Translations under genes and position numbers: made by a program | In this document: positions 51,185 through 64,000 of the stretch, one piece after another | How the letters are laid out: the number at the start of each line of letters is the position of its first letter | How positions within the stretch are numbered: the stretch's first letter is position 1 | Notes under the pieces: model-generated | What the model saw: the letters and a program-made list of their open reading frames with translations, nothing else | Database searches by the model: none | What the model was told of the DNA's origin: nothing | DNA from: Vicugna vicugna | Lineage: Eukaryota | DNA: 64,000 bases | Direction: 5' to 3' | NCBI GenBank assembly: GCA_013265495.1 | Contig: MU058423.1 | Location: forward strand, 7,363,449 to 7,427,448

Positions 51185-51967
51185 TGTAGAGGAGAAAACA
51201 GTTTTTCCCTCTACCCTTCTAGGTTCTTCTGACTTGTCTAAGAATTAAATCGACATGAGACAGATGAACAGGAGAAAATCCAACGGAGTTCCATAGCACG
51301 TCCACATGGGAGAGACCCAGGAAAACTGTGTAACTTGTCACAATGGCTGAAGTTCTCGCTTTCAGTATCATCTTCAGGTAAAGACAAAAGAGGATGTTGA
51401 TGGCAGGGGTTTGGGACGTGAAAGGGGCAATTGACATGGAGATGGAAAAGCAGACGTTTAGTAAATAAATGTTTGCTGGGCCATGCACAGACGATAGTAC
51501 ACAGGGTGGAATTTTAACAACAGACTTTGCTAGGTTCCTCCCTGAATACACGCCTAGTTCACTCTGCAGTCCTATGATGATAGCTCGCTTCCTGGAACAC
51601 GTACGTCCTCTATCCACATTTTTAAAATTATATAAAATATTTACTTTAGCTGTTAACTAATATTATTTCAGTCAGCACATCAAAATTTTGTCAAAGGGCC
51701 CTCCTGTCCTTTAAAAAAATTTCTTTTTTTACTGGTGTAGTTGATTGACAGTGTTAGTTTCAAGTGTACAGCAAAGTGATTCACTTCTACATATACATAC
51801 ATACATATAATAATTTTCTTTCCAGATTCTTTTCTATCCACATTTTCAGGCAGTTAGAGGGGAAGTCAGAGGCTTTTTCTGAGTCTTTTGAGCTTTGATT
51901 GTTTTCAGCTTGAAAAAATCCGCATGCCGAAGACACATTTTGGGGTGGCAAATTTTATTCCCCTACA
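51185..51967 (-). mobile_element. ERV1 solo LTR (MER34/MER39-like), interrupted at 51623-51832
   Basis: TG...CA termini (tgtagagg...cccctaca), 4-bp TSD gagc/gaac, gagacagatgaacaggagaaaa and cattttggggtggcaaattt motifs. Confidence 0.85.
51623..51832 (-). mobile_element. Short L1 3' end plus ~97 bp of transduced flank
   Basis: 14-bp TSD tctatccacatttt (51609-51622 / 51833-51846); L1 tail 51720-51832; unique sequence 51623-51719. Confidence 0.8.
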
Positions 51968-53163
51968 GAACTCAGAATTAATATTTCTGATTTCCACAAC
52001 ATGTTTAAGAAGATCTGTACCTGTTTGTTTTTTATTTGTTATACTACTTCTGTTCAAAATAGAATTAATTCGCTCAAGTTGACAGTTAAGCTAATAGCTC
52101 AGCACCTTTATCAGTTCTCTGAGAATTCTCTGGGTTCTCTTTCGAAATAGTGTCTGTTAATTTGATAGCACTTTCTGAACAGGTAGTATACATCTGATAG
52201 TGCCTCTAATTTCCTTTCATTTGAAAATTAGTAAATGATGAAAGTGTTGTGAAACTTATAATACTATAAAAATACACGATCATTTTTGTCTCTAATCAGA
52301 TTAATTTGATAATTTATAGAATACTGTCTCATGATGTGCCTTTTAGTAACAGCTCTCTGAGATGTTCTACCAAATCAGGCAAATAATGATTCATATGTCA
52401 TTTGAAAATTTGAATTATTCAGTGTCTTCTTGAAAGACTTCAGAATTCAAGAATATATATATACATACATAGCCGAATAAAATAAATGGAAATAGTAGTA
52501 ATAGCTGCAATTTACTGAGGGCCTGGCTGATGTCTGGTACTGTTTTTTGAAAGTGATTCAATCCAATGCATTTTACACTCTTCTATATTACAAAGGAATC
52601 GAGGGTATCTAGCTAAAAATCCAAGAACAAAGGCATTTTTGTATCTCTTTCGAAATCCACTGAAAATAACAAAAAGAATGAAAGGCAGAAATGAAACAAA
52701 ATGAAAGTAAAAATACACAAAAAATTTAATCTTTAATGAAACCAGAGAAGGACTAAAAGCTGAAGACAGAAATTAACCAGTACTATCTAAAAAATAAAGC
52801 AAAATCTGGACCCAAAAGACAGAAAATTGAATGGCTTTATATCTGTATACAAATTTATTTCTACATCTATATCTGTGTCTTTATCCGTATCTATTTCATC
52901 TATTTATATGCACTTCGGCTTTCCCTTTTGGGGAAAACAGATAGATACAGAGACAGAATTAATAGATACAGACACAGATCAGATGTCACCTCAGAAGAAT
53001 CAGACTTCTACGTAAGTAGTGTCAGTGCTGCTTGTTTAATTTCAGTAGTCCTACAGGAACCACATCTTAATTGGTGACATCTAGGGAGTGGGACCAGGTC
53101 TGGAAAGGTGTTAAATCACTTGAAAGATTCACTTGCAGGGGGTGAAAAAGCAGGGAATGGAGC

Positions 53164-53638
53164 TGCGTCTGGGGTCCCCAAGATCACCCTCAGGCTTGAT
53201 CATTTTCTAGAAGGACTTGCAGGACTCAAGAAAGCTGTCATTCTCACAGTTTGTTATAGCAGATGAATACAGATCAAAATAGCAAAGGAGACGAGCACAT
53301 GGCTTAAAGCTCAGGAGAAACCGGGCTCAAGGTTCCCCTGGCTGTTGAATTGCAAGAGGACAAGCTTACTTCTCGTAGTGACGATGTGTGACAATGCTTG
53401 CGAAATACTGTCAACCAGGAAAGTTGGCCACATGAATTATACTGTTGGGATAGATTTATGTGAGCATGGCCCAGGACCCGAGGCACACACAGATGCGCCA
53501 CCAGGCAGAATGTTCCAAGGGTTCAGAGGGTACTGTCTCCCAGGAGTGAGCCACGAGCCAGTCCTAAAGGCAGACTTCTCCTGGGAATGTATTCGATTTG
53601 AGAAACCCCGACCTTCTGAATTAACCCTTTCCTGCCAG
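53164..53638 (-). mobile_element. MER68/MER77-like ERVL LTR
   Basis: ggggtccccaagatcaccctcagg..gat..ctagaaggact..caggactca.gaaagctgt...ttccaagggttcagagg...ccttctgaattaaccctt. Confidence 0.8.
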
Positions 53639-56127
53639 GTCCACACCCCTGACCCCTGGCCTAGCCTCTCACCGAGGAATGATCATATTTTGCTTAGCGT
53701 GTAATTGCGTTTAGCACTTATACAACAGACATAGCAGGAGTATCTGCGTGAATATGCCCCAGACTGGAAGGAGCCAGTGTGAGGCACAGGTAGATTTAAA
53801 GAGAGAATTACTGCATCCTCGAAAGGCAGTGTATACATTTCATATTTTCATACTAATTTGACTACTTATTTCGTCACTTGATCTAGTGCTAGTTTCACCT
53901 TGTGATAAATTTGACAGAACCATTTAGATAAGAGTTTAGCCGACGGCCAGCTAAATCCAGTTTTTCCTCAGGTCATTCGTTTTCGATGGGTAATATATCC
54001 TGAGAGGCTTTAAGTCGATCTCCTAATACATTTGATCACAGAATCAGTATTACCATTAGACTTATTTATATAAGGTATTCGAACCTTACCAACCGTGCCA
54101 GTGTTACACCATAATGCATTACTGTCACGACACAACTTAGATTCATTAGAGAACCAATTAGTAAGAATCACAGAGATATTTGCTGTGCCTTCCCACAGAA
54201 ATGGCCTTTGTCCCTATACCATAAAATCTTATGGACGGGAGTCATTACAATGGATCATGATTAGGTTATTTCTAGGTTCCAGGTAAGTTGAAGACAAAGC
54301 CAATCACTTTGTCTTAATTCATGATCTTGTATCGAGACTAGTTTTCATTGGGTGTTGCTACGTAGCAGGGCCCATCTCCTTCCTACAAGAGGACATGGGT
54401 GTTGCTCAAAGTAGTTCCTGTCTCTGTTAACTCTACTACAGAATAGATCTTACTCTGATCTATTCTCCAGGCAACGACAATCATAGTGCATCAATGTGAA
54501 TTATAAGCATCCCCAGAGAACTTCCGCAAATTTGGAAGTTCCTAAGATTCCCATAACATGCCCTTTGATCCTCAGCAGCTAGGATGGAGAGCCATTGCCC
54601 TGTGGCTTCCTGTATTAAAATAACCAAGTGGTCCTACAGGACCAGAGTTCGTGCCCTTTTCCAAAGCTGCATCCTTGCGTTATCCATCACTATTTGTTCA
54701 GTCAGTCTGATCCACTTTACTAAAGTCCCATCATCTTTCCAGGACAGCTCCCATCTATTGCCTGCCTCATAAAAGACAGTTTACTCTAATCTGCTAATTC
54801 ACTGTAATTCCTCTGGTAGACCTTCTCCCTCTAAATGTTGCTCCGCATTAAAAGCAAATTCAGCACGTCGCGTGGTCCCTAGACCGGCGTCCATCTCCCC
54901 TGAAGCCATTTTCTGTCTCGTGGGATAATGTTTAATCCACGACACACGTTGTGGCCTTTGTGCACGAGTGGCCTGAATGCAGACAAAATACATGTTTTGT
55001 ACCAAAAAATATTGGGTCTCCCATACCGGAGTTAGATGAACTGCAACCACACCTAAATGTGATTAAGTATGGGCAGCCACAGTACCTCCCATAGCTTCCC
55101 GCATCCCAGGGTAGGGACGTTCCCCAGGGGAATTCAGATCGACTGAATGTGCCTGCGATGCCTGCTGCTTTGTTCCCATGAGAAACCCATTGTCTTTATT
55201 TATTTTTTTTCTAATTTTTTAAAAAGCTTTTTATCCACAAAAGCAAGGACAGGATGAACCTGTACAAGCACACTGTGGCATGTGGGGGATGTCACTACTA
55301 TATTTCATCCTTTATAACCAGGGATCTTTCCAAGCATTTGATCATCAAGGTTTATGGTTACACAGTAATCAGTCTGCTGGGAGCTGTATACACTGCATGG
55401 TCAACCAGACTGGTGGAGGCTAGTTCCTAGAAACTCCTTCCTAAATTGTATCTTTTGTAACAAATATGACAAGAAACAAAAGACACTAGCACATTACCAG
55501 AGTTTCACTCAGTTATAGTTGGTCCAGTTCATCATCACATCGTATGACGTCTCCCAGACCAAAGCCACTCTGGTTTGTGCGCTTCCGCTGGACCTTGTCA
55601 GTTTTCCAAACACGGGGGTGTTGACGGCAAACATATGTCTTTACCGTTTTAAGCATGTGGTATAACTGTGTTGAGACAATGTCATTCTCTTTCTCTGAGC
55701 CTCTCATAAAATATCAATGCAACAATGACTTCCTTTGTTGCGTGACGCACTTATTCCTTCCTATACTCTTAGATGTTATTTCTCCTTCTTACCGTATGTT
55801 CTTGATTTTAACCCCAAGTTCCCCACAGGTTCAGAGACTGCTGGTTCAGATTGCTGGCAGCAATACCAGTCCAGCAGGTGCTTCCCACTCAGTTCATTCT
55901 CACTCATACAGGAAACAGTTACGCAGGTACAGAACTAGGGGGCTATCTCCAACACGAGGCAAAACTGCTCCATTCACTACTCACTGTCAACGCTAATTTT
56001 GCCAGAGGGGTAATAGAGTCTTAGTAATTCTGGTATAAAAGATTAAAGGAATACTCACATTTGCTTAGATATCATCTCTGTTCTGGCACCCACAGTTACA
56101 GGCCTGGTCCCAGGATCACTGCATCAA
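53639..56127 (-). mobile_element. Decayed MER68/MER21-type ERVL internal region plus a stub of the second LTR
   Basis: Continuous with the LTR; PBS-like tgggtgccagaa on the minus strand (56081-56092), followed by ggtcccaggatcac, which echoes the LTR start ggtccccaagatcac. Confidence 0.55.
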
Positions 56128-56249
56128 ATTAAAAATAAAAAAGAAAATTGAGGTAATGTGGGCAAGAACTGTACAGTTATACCAACATCCTCCCTTACTC
56201 TCTCCCTCTGAATTACTCAGGGTTCTTCTGAAAAACAGAACTGATAGGT

Positions 56250-56695
56250 TCTGGGTACAGACATGACACAATTTTAAGTTTAATTGCATTATTTATATTT
56301 TCTCTATTAGTTTCTTAAGTTTAGACAAGACAGTAAAAAATAATAAATTAAGTATTTGTCAATTCTGTGATGTAAATACTCGCACCATGGCCCGTTTCAA
56401 GCCATTGACCTGATGTCATTGAAATGGAGCTTGGAAGAGACAAATGGAACCACAATCCTTGTACGGTATTTCCATGCAAACACAATAGACATAAATAACT
56501 TCAAGATGACAGAAATAGTAAAGTGGAGTGAAATAATTTTAGGTGTTTCTCTTTGCTTTTATAGAATTTTAACAGAATTCACCTAACTAAGTTCATAGTT
56601 TAATTTTTAATGATATCTGTGTTTAAAAGCTGGCATACATCATCCCTAAAAATCTGAACATCTGCTCTTACTAGTCGCCTCTAGAACAGCGCTGC
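56250..56695 (-). mobile_element. MER63 (hAT-Blackjack) non-autonomous DNA transposon
   Basis: gtaaatactcgcaccatggcccgtttcaagc...gtatttcca..caatagacataaataacttcaaga. Confidence 0.75.
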
Positions 56696-57297
56696 TTTTA
56701 GTTTTTCTCTTTCACCCCTTTCCCGGGACCGCAGACGCTCTTACTGCCGATCTCTGTAATATTTTTCTTTTTGTTGTTGTTGTTTGTTGCTGTTCTTGGG
56801 GCCATTTGTCACAAGGAACTTTGATTTTCAAATTCTTATGGTTTCCTGAGATTGATTCCTTTTTTATCACGTGTTCTTAATCTGCTTTTTGTAGATTTCA
56901 ATTTTTACAGTCAAAAAATGTAAAATATGGTAAATATGGCATTTTATTTACAGCATAGGCAGACTTTACCGTATACCCCTTTGTACTTTTAAACTTTTAA
57001 ACATACGAAGTCGTTAAAAATAAACTAAATTTAGATAAACATGTATTTCACTGTCTCACTTTTATAACCATCTGTGTCTGTAACTGTCTCTGAATCTTCT
57101 TGTTTGATAAGTATTTATTAAGTGCCTATTATTGCCAAGTCCTATTAGAAGGGATTAGGATTAAACATGAACAAAATTTTTAACACTCTTTGTCCTCAAG
57201 GTGAGACAAACAATAAACAAAACGTCAGGAAAATACATAGCGTGCCTGGTCTTGATAATTGCTATGGCGAGAAATAAAATAGAGGAATAGGGCAGGA

Positions 57298-57830
57298 AAT
57301 CGATTCTCATTATTTGCAGATTCTGTATTTGCAAATTTGCTTACTTGCTACAACTTATTTCTAATTCCCAAATCAATGCTCACAATGACTTCAAAGTCAT
57401 TCACAGGCATGTACCGAGCGGCAAAAAACTGGAGCCGCACAACACAGACATTCCCCGTGGAAGTCAAGTAAGGCCGTGTCCTGCCTTCTTTTTTCAGCTC
57501 TCATACTAGTGAACGAGTGTCCTTTCATGGTTTATTTAGTGCCGTGTTTTTCACATGTTTGTGTCTTCTTGTAATTTCACTGTTTACAACGGTCCCCAAG
57601 TGTGGTGCTGAAGTGCGGTAGGATGTTTCCAAGCACAAGAAGGCTGTGAAGCAACTTATAGAGAAAATGAGTGTCCGATTAGCTTCATTGCAGCCTGAGT
57701 TATAGTGCTATTGATTATTAGTTTAGTGTTAATGAAGCGATAACACATCTTAAATGAAGTGTCTTTAGACAGAAGCACACATAAAACAAATTATCTATTT
57801 ATCAATTGATGAATATGTTGTCACAAGAGA
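57298..57830 (+). mobile_element. MER82-like (TcMar-Tigger) element
   Basis: cgattctcattatttgcagattctgtatttgcaaatttgc...ctgccttc..tttcagctctcatact...ccaagcacaagaaggctgtga. Confidence 0.8.
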
Positions 57831-57949
57831 TCAGCTTTTTTAGGCTTACTAAATGAATCCTCTAGAAGAACACACGTCTGAACAAGTTCAGGCAAGACAA
57901 TGCCCCACAATAAGCACATACAAAATTTCACTATCATGTTCCTTATGCG

Positions 57950-58430
57950 CGTTTTAGTTATCTATTGCCAGGGAACAAAGCACTCAAAAACTCAGTGGCT
58001 TAAAACAGGGCTGATTTCTTAATTCTCACTATGCTGGTGGTTGATCAGGCACAGCCGGGCAATTCTTCTACTCCACGTGTCCTAGCTGGGGTCACTTACG
58101 CAGACATCGAGATGGAGCTCAGTAAGGGCCGGGGCATCCAAGATGCCTTCTCTTCCCCAGCATCTCTCTCCACATAGTCTCCCGCACTTAGTAACTCAAT
58201 CTGTACTTCCTTGTAGCACGGCGACTGGCTTCCAGAGAGCTTTCAAGAGGGTAAACCTCCATGTGTGTTTACATCAAATGCTGCTTTCATGCTAGTGAAA
58301 GCACTTGCTAAAGTCTCACAAGTCAAACAACTGTCTTGGCCAAGCCCAGGATCAGTGTGGTAGAGGACTGTCCACAGGAGTGGATACCACGGGGCATTGT
58401 TCTTGTGGGCCACAATGTAAATCTTCACTG
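57950..58430 (-). mobile_element. MLT1H-like LTR
   Basis: ttagttatctattgc...ctcagtggcttaaaaca...catccaagatg...ggccaagcccag. Confidence 0.75.
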
Positions 58431-61400
58431 TGTGTGTATTTGTACGTGTATGTGTGTGTGTTAAAAAAAATTCCCAAATATATATTAGAGTAATTAATTA
58501 AAATATATGTACTTATCACTTAATTCTCTCTGAAACTTATAGCCACTAAAAATTATATTATTGTTTTTTCCTGTCTCAGTTTGATAGCTAAGTTTCTAAT
58601 TTGGTTGGGAGGTGGGGAGAGGTTGAAAGATCTTTAAGCTGACTCCTTATTAATTCTAAGTTGGGGGAAATATCTACCCTCTGTGTGCCTCTGTTTCATA
58701 ATTATTTAAATAGATTTTTGTGATAATTGAATAATATAGCTAAGGATACTGTAGATGATTATTCAGACTGTGTACTGCAAAGAGGCAGGCACAATTCTCA
58801 TAGTATGGGTTTGTACTGTTAGAATATTATTCTACCTTAAGACAAAATCATCTGTAGACATAAGCAATTTGTAAATTAATAACAAGACCTTTTTAGCAGA
58901 TGGGAATAAACTGTCTTGTGTTGATAAAATTAATATATTGAAACAGGAAAGTGGTATTATTTTAAGATCATTGAAAAAAGGAACTTAATAATAAAAATTC
59001 TGATATTTGATTAATCAACATCTAAAATAAAATAAACAAGGAGCTACTTTTCTAGGTGTGCAGATCACTGAGTATATTAGTATACTGAATCATTTTGTCA
59101 CATCATACTTGCAATTTATTTTGTTTTGATATTTGTTTACCAAAATAATATGATTTACTTCCTATTTTAAATGTGCCAGAACTTTATATAATGCAAAAGA
59201 AAATACAGTGACTAACAGACATTCACCATGAATAATTAAAATAAATAGAAAATGAGATTTCCATGCTATTATCTGCTAATTATACCACATCAATTGTTAA
59301 ATTTTTGCTGAATTTGGCAATTGAATGCATTCTTTTTTTAGTTTAAAGGCTTATTACATATTAAGTTAAAATGTTTCAAATTGTAATATAATGTGCTGTT
59401 TTATGTATTTCTTCCAAGTGTTACAAAAGCTTTGTTTAAAAAGACTACCAGTATCAGAAAGGAGAAAATGGGAAAATAGTAGAAAAAAATAAGAAGAGAA
59501 AATATTTGGTTGTGGCATATTTTTTTTTGAGAAAATGAAAGCCCCAGAAAAAAAAAAACACATAAATAAAGAAAATGCTCCAGTTCTGTTTGTTTCAGCA
59601 GCATAAAGGACTCTGGGAGCAGAATATAAATTTCACATTACAGGGTTTCCCAAGCGATGGTCCTTCTGCCCTAAATTATTGCAGATGTCTCCAATGAGTT
59701 AGCTCCTCAAATTTTTACCCTTTAAATTTCAGTCATATAGCTCCCAACTGAACTCTAAAATTAAAGCCAGGTAAAAACACTAGTCAAGAGGATGAGTCAT
59801 ATATTACTCAGAATTATTTATAACTTTTGATGATTTTTATGTATTTTCGAACTCAGTATAGCTTATTTGTTATCTTAATATTATCTATAGAAGGGACAAA
59901 AGAATTTCACACTACCCTCCCCACCCCTTTCCCCATATACAGAAATAGGTTTCTGTGTGATCCATCCTATTGGTTTTCCAGATGTGCCCAGACGTGAATA
60001 CCATAGACAGACATAATCTATAAGCTATCCTCTTTAAATAAGTCAAAAATCGCATTGTTTTTCACATGGAAGACAATGGAGTTACTCCATGTCTTTCTTT
60101 CTCGTATTTACAAAGAGAAAAATTGAGAGAAAAATACTCTCATAGTTTCTAAAATAAAACATCGTATTTATTTAAATAATTTTTAACCAAAAATTCAATT
60201 AGAGAAAGAGAAGAGGAAAGCCTCCTTACTTCAAGGGCAAGTGCAAGAATCTTACATTCTACTACTCCTGTGGTCACTTGTGAACCGTAGGGTTATGCTG
60301 AAAACATCAGACTTAAGGAACATTTGCAGACTGACCAACACTAAAACGCTCCATCCTAAGAGATAAGCTTATCCGTGTTCTACGACATTAGGCATAAGGA
60401 ACACTAGGACATAGCGTGGCATAGCAAAGCATAAATATTTAGTTTCTGCAAATAATATTTATCAGAGTAAAAAAGGACCATAACATTTTTAGAAAACATA
60501 AATTCCATTGTTTACCAAATATTTCCAAATATAGAGACTAGTGGTTTTTCAGTTCTAATACCCTCAATTTTTAGTTATGATAAAATTAATTTTCACGTCT
60601 CTATTTCTAAAAACATTGATGTAAACTCCTCAAAATAAATCCTTATTCATTTATTTTAAATCATATTTTCTAAAATTATATAATTAGTTTATGAAATTGA
60701 AATAATATATTCTTCAGATACTAAAAGGTATAGAAAATTAATTCCACACTTTCCAAAATGCAATCTAATATTTAATATACAGGAATAAAGTTACTCTGGA
60801 AAGAAGTTGTACATCAAATTCTGTTGCTTATCTGACAATAACAAAATCATCTCAATCCATTATTTTCTGGGATTGACATGCAAGTTATTCAAAACTTTAC
60901 ACTCATGGTTTCCAAGTTCATAACCATTTTATACCACATGACCCATGAACAACTTAACAATGTCATTGCTAGAGTATATTAAAAATGGAAAATTGACATT
61001 TGCATATGAGGAAGTTATTTATATCATGTAGGGTATATTTAAAAGGACTTGTGATTATTAAGCATTAATATTTGTATCAATTATTCAGAGCTTTTTGCCC
61101 AGATGAAATCAAGTACCTGAATGTATCTAAATATTAAGACTAAACATTCAGGTGATTGTATACATTTTTTGAATTTAATGTCAAAGGTTTTGGTTGTGTT
61201 TAAGTAAAGCCTGCATTCAAAATAATTTCCTTCAAATTTTCTGTAAAACTGTTTTCTAAAACATTATTTTTCAAGTGAGATTTGATTTTTGTGTGTGTGT
61301 TTACGTCAGTTATTGTGGAGGTAACTGACCCTTTTTTTTTTTTAAGCTACTATCTGAACTCTTGTACTCTGTTTGAGAAATTACCCACCTTAAGAATCTT

Positions 61401-61660
61401 GGTGGAAGGTAAAGCCACTCTCGAACCTAAGATCCACAGATACTCATTTTCCCTCCCTCATCGGCAGTAGGACAAATGTACATAACCTAGGATCTACCCA
61501 GCCAAGACTTTGCGTCAGGAATTTGGGGTGCAATGAACCAAGGGAAATGACACTGGCTCCGACAAGAAGGAAGTCTAGCTCCTGGATGGCTCTGCTGATG
61601 CACGTGGCTTTGATCCGGGCACTGGTACCAGTGGCAGCACCCGCTGTTGAGAACTTGGTA

Positions 61661-61735
61661 TGTGAAGGCTGCAAGAACATGCTAGCCCCAAATATGCTGA
61701 TTGGACAGAAGGATTATTCTGAGCTGAAGGCAACA
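61661..61735 (+). mobile_element. MER34-like LTR 5' fragment
   Basis: gaacatgctagccccaaatatgct...ggattattctgagctgaaggcaa. Confidence 0.55.
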
Positions 61736-62978
61736 ATTCCTTCCTGCTTTTGCTGTACTCTATCAAATTGCATGCTATTTTATTGGATGTATTTATTTAT
61801 ATGACTTCTTCATTATTGGACCACAAGACCTTAGAAAGGAGGCATTGTCTGATGCATCTTTGCAATTTTGATGCTTAGCATAGGGTAGGTATACAGTAAG
61901 TTAATATAAATGTGTTTTCAGCCTGGAGTCTATTCTAATGCAGAAGAAAATGATTCCTGGCTTTTTACTTACCGTGAGGCATGAACGGGTTGAAGAAAAT
62001 GAGATTTATCTAAAAACTAAGCTCCAGTCACCAGAGTATGTATTGAATTTGCACCAAACAACTTAGTTGTCTCTCCAGGCCCCATTTTTGCATGACAGCA
62101 AGAAAAACGAGCTCTAGAGACATATTAAACAGTCTGTATGCAATTCAGACACCAGGATATACCCTAGGATACAATCCAAGGTTGGGTACACGGATTGTCC
62201 CTACCTGATCAGAGAAGACTGTATGACAACTCGTTGTCAGTGCTACCAATGTTACTAACTGAGCTGGGGGAACACTGATACAAATGCAGGGCTCTGGTGC
62301 CAGAGCCCATGCCTTATCTGTAGCAACAAAGTTGCAGTGTTGCCGGGGTTTTCTGCACCCATAGGTATCAGCAAAAAATTTCATTATAGGAATCCAGAGT
62401 TGTGACAGAAGAAAAAAGGATAATAAAGTCACCTTGTGGCAACCTAGAGCTGCATGTAAGAGATGTATTAAAGAGCTGTGCTAATGAGCGCACACGTAGC
62501 ATTTACTTGTATTTACGTTCATATTATACCAAGAAGAAAGGACTTAATTCCCTAGTTTCATCACGCTCTTGTGCTTTAATTTCTCTGGCACAGCTGCCAA
62601 TGGAATAGCCTGATTACAACCTCTTTGTGAGTTTTTCGGTTACCCAGTGAGACATTCTGGCTACCGCTTAGGGCCCTGCCCGCTGCCTGCTTCCGTGCAG
62701 CCGCACCCACTTGCATGAAGTCTCCATCTCAGCAGCACTACAAACTCCTCTTCCAGGCTCTTACTTCTGCCTGTATTCACTCCTCCATGGGCTGATTTCT
62801 GCATTCACATCTTAGAGTTCTCTTTTACCTTTTGGTCGTTTATCACATGTACTGGTTTATAATTTTTTATAATAGTTTTTTTCACTTCAAATGACTGGTG
62901 TGATTTCTCTTTTCTAACTGGACCCTGACTACTATATACATACACATTTTTTTTTTCATTTTAAGACTTGTAAAGTTT

Positions 62979-63028
62979 ATAAAGTACTACACACACACAC
63001 GTGTGTGTGTGTGTGTGTAGTAATTTAT
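62979..63028. repeat. Palindromic (AC)n(GT)n with inverted unique arms
   Basis: ataaagtactac-(ac)5-(gt)8-gtagtaatttat. Confidence 0.9.
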
Positions 63029-63409
63029 GTCTACATGAAAAAAATTCTTGCTATCATGGACATTATCCTTTAGGATGACTCTAAGTTAGACTTCAATTTA
63101 AGTTGCTATAATGAAAATACTAAGAACATTGGTAGAGGAAGTATGTAAATATGACAGATTCATAAAGGTTCCTTTGAAATAACTAAACTTTAGAAAACCC
63201 TGGACTCTATCCATCCATATTTTATAAGAATGTCAGGCAAACTTCTATTCACTTCAAATTAATTCCCAGCTTGCCAATAAATCAATTTCTAAAAAAGAAA
63301 AGCTTACTATATAAAAGCCAACTAAATTTTTATTGGAAAATTACATTCCAAATATCATAGATACTATTATTAACTGACAGTTGTAAACTCTCATCATGGA
63401 CTGCACAGA

Positions 63410-63516
63410 GTTATGGGCTGAGTGTTATGGGGTGAGTGTGAGAAAATAGATTTCTGCTGTTTAAGCTACCCCAGTCTATGGTATTTTGTTATATGGCAGC
63501 CCCAGCAGATTAGACA
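63410..63516 (+). mobile_element. MLT1 LTR with its interior deleted
   Basis: Start-like (g)ttatgggctga / tgttatggggtga joined to the 3' end tgtgagaaaatagatttctgctgtttaagc...gcagattagaca. Confidence 0.7.
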
Positions 63517-64000
63517 ATTGTTTATAATATGCTTCCTCATAAATACTTTTTTTTATAGCTGTTTTACAATGATCTTGAGAAACTGTCAAGTTAGCATACT
63601 ACATAGGAAGAAACTGAAGCTCCTATAAATATAAACCTACATGTATAATGGGAAAAAGTTTACCTTCCTGTCCCACTGGGAAGAGAAACATAGGAGATTT
63701 CCTAAAGCAAAAAGACTTGGCAGTAGTGGCAAGTTTATGGAGGGCAAGTTTTGAATAAAAATGGCTCTCCATAAGAGCAAGATGTTAATTCATTCTTTCA
63801 TGTTTAAAAGTGTATTTTCAAGTTCATTGGTAGCTGAGCAATGGTTATGAGTAAATCTGGGGAATTTAGGGCCAGAGCAGGAGGTTACCTCATTGCCCCA
63901 GAGCCATGGGAGCTGAGACCATGCATTCTGGTTCTTGGTTTGGGCAGTATATTAAAAAACAAGAATAAAAAGATATCAAGAAGAGAAAATTTGGGTATTT

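Overview
AT-rich, repeat-dense mammalian (eutherian) genomic DNA, intergenic or deep-intronic, not prokaryotic. The young L1 3' ends look camelid-like, and I recognise no Alu, BovB/Bov-tA, PRE or SINEC; the taxon is an inference from memory. I cannot support any intact protein-coding gene; the supplied ORFs fall in TE remnants or look like chance ORFs. The window is a layered TE record: L2/MIR, L1MC/MB/ME, HAL1, MLT1 MaLRs, MER21, Tigger2, MER63, MER82, LTR16 and several young L1 3' ends with clean target-site duplications (TSDs). The most interesting object is a decayed ~5.3 kb provirus (10331-15600) nested in an MLT1 LTR. It has a class III (ERV-L/HERV-S-like) pol, a degenerate dUTPase-like domain, a gamma-type env TM (furin site, ISD, CX6CC) fused almost directly to the integrase end, and a ~1.3 kb MER4-group-like AT-rich segment in place of most of gag/pro. 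Also present are two putative mRNA 3'-end retrocopies, two L1 3' transductions, a twin-primed L1 hit by a younger L1, a 96-bp dispersed duplication and a 44-bp-period tandem duplication of a splice-acceptor-like motif. Repeat family names are recognised by eye and need RepeatMasker/Dfam confirmation. I see no evidence of an intact novel functional system.
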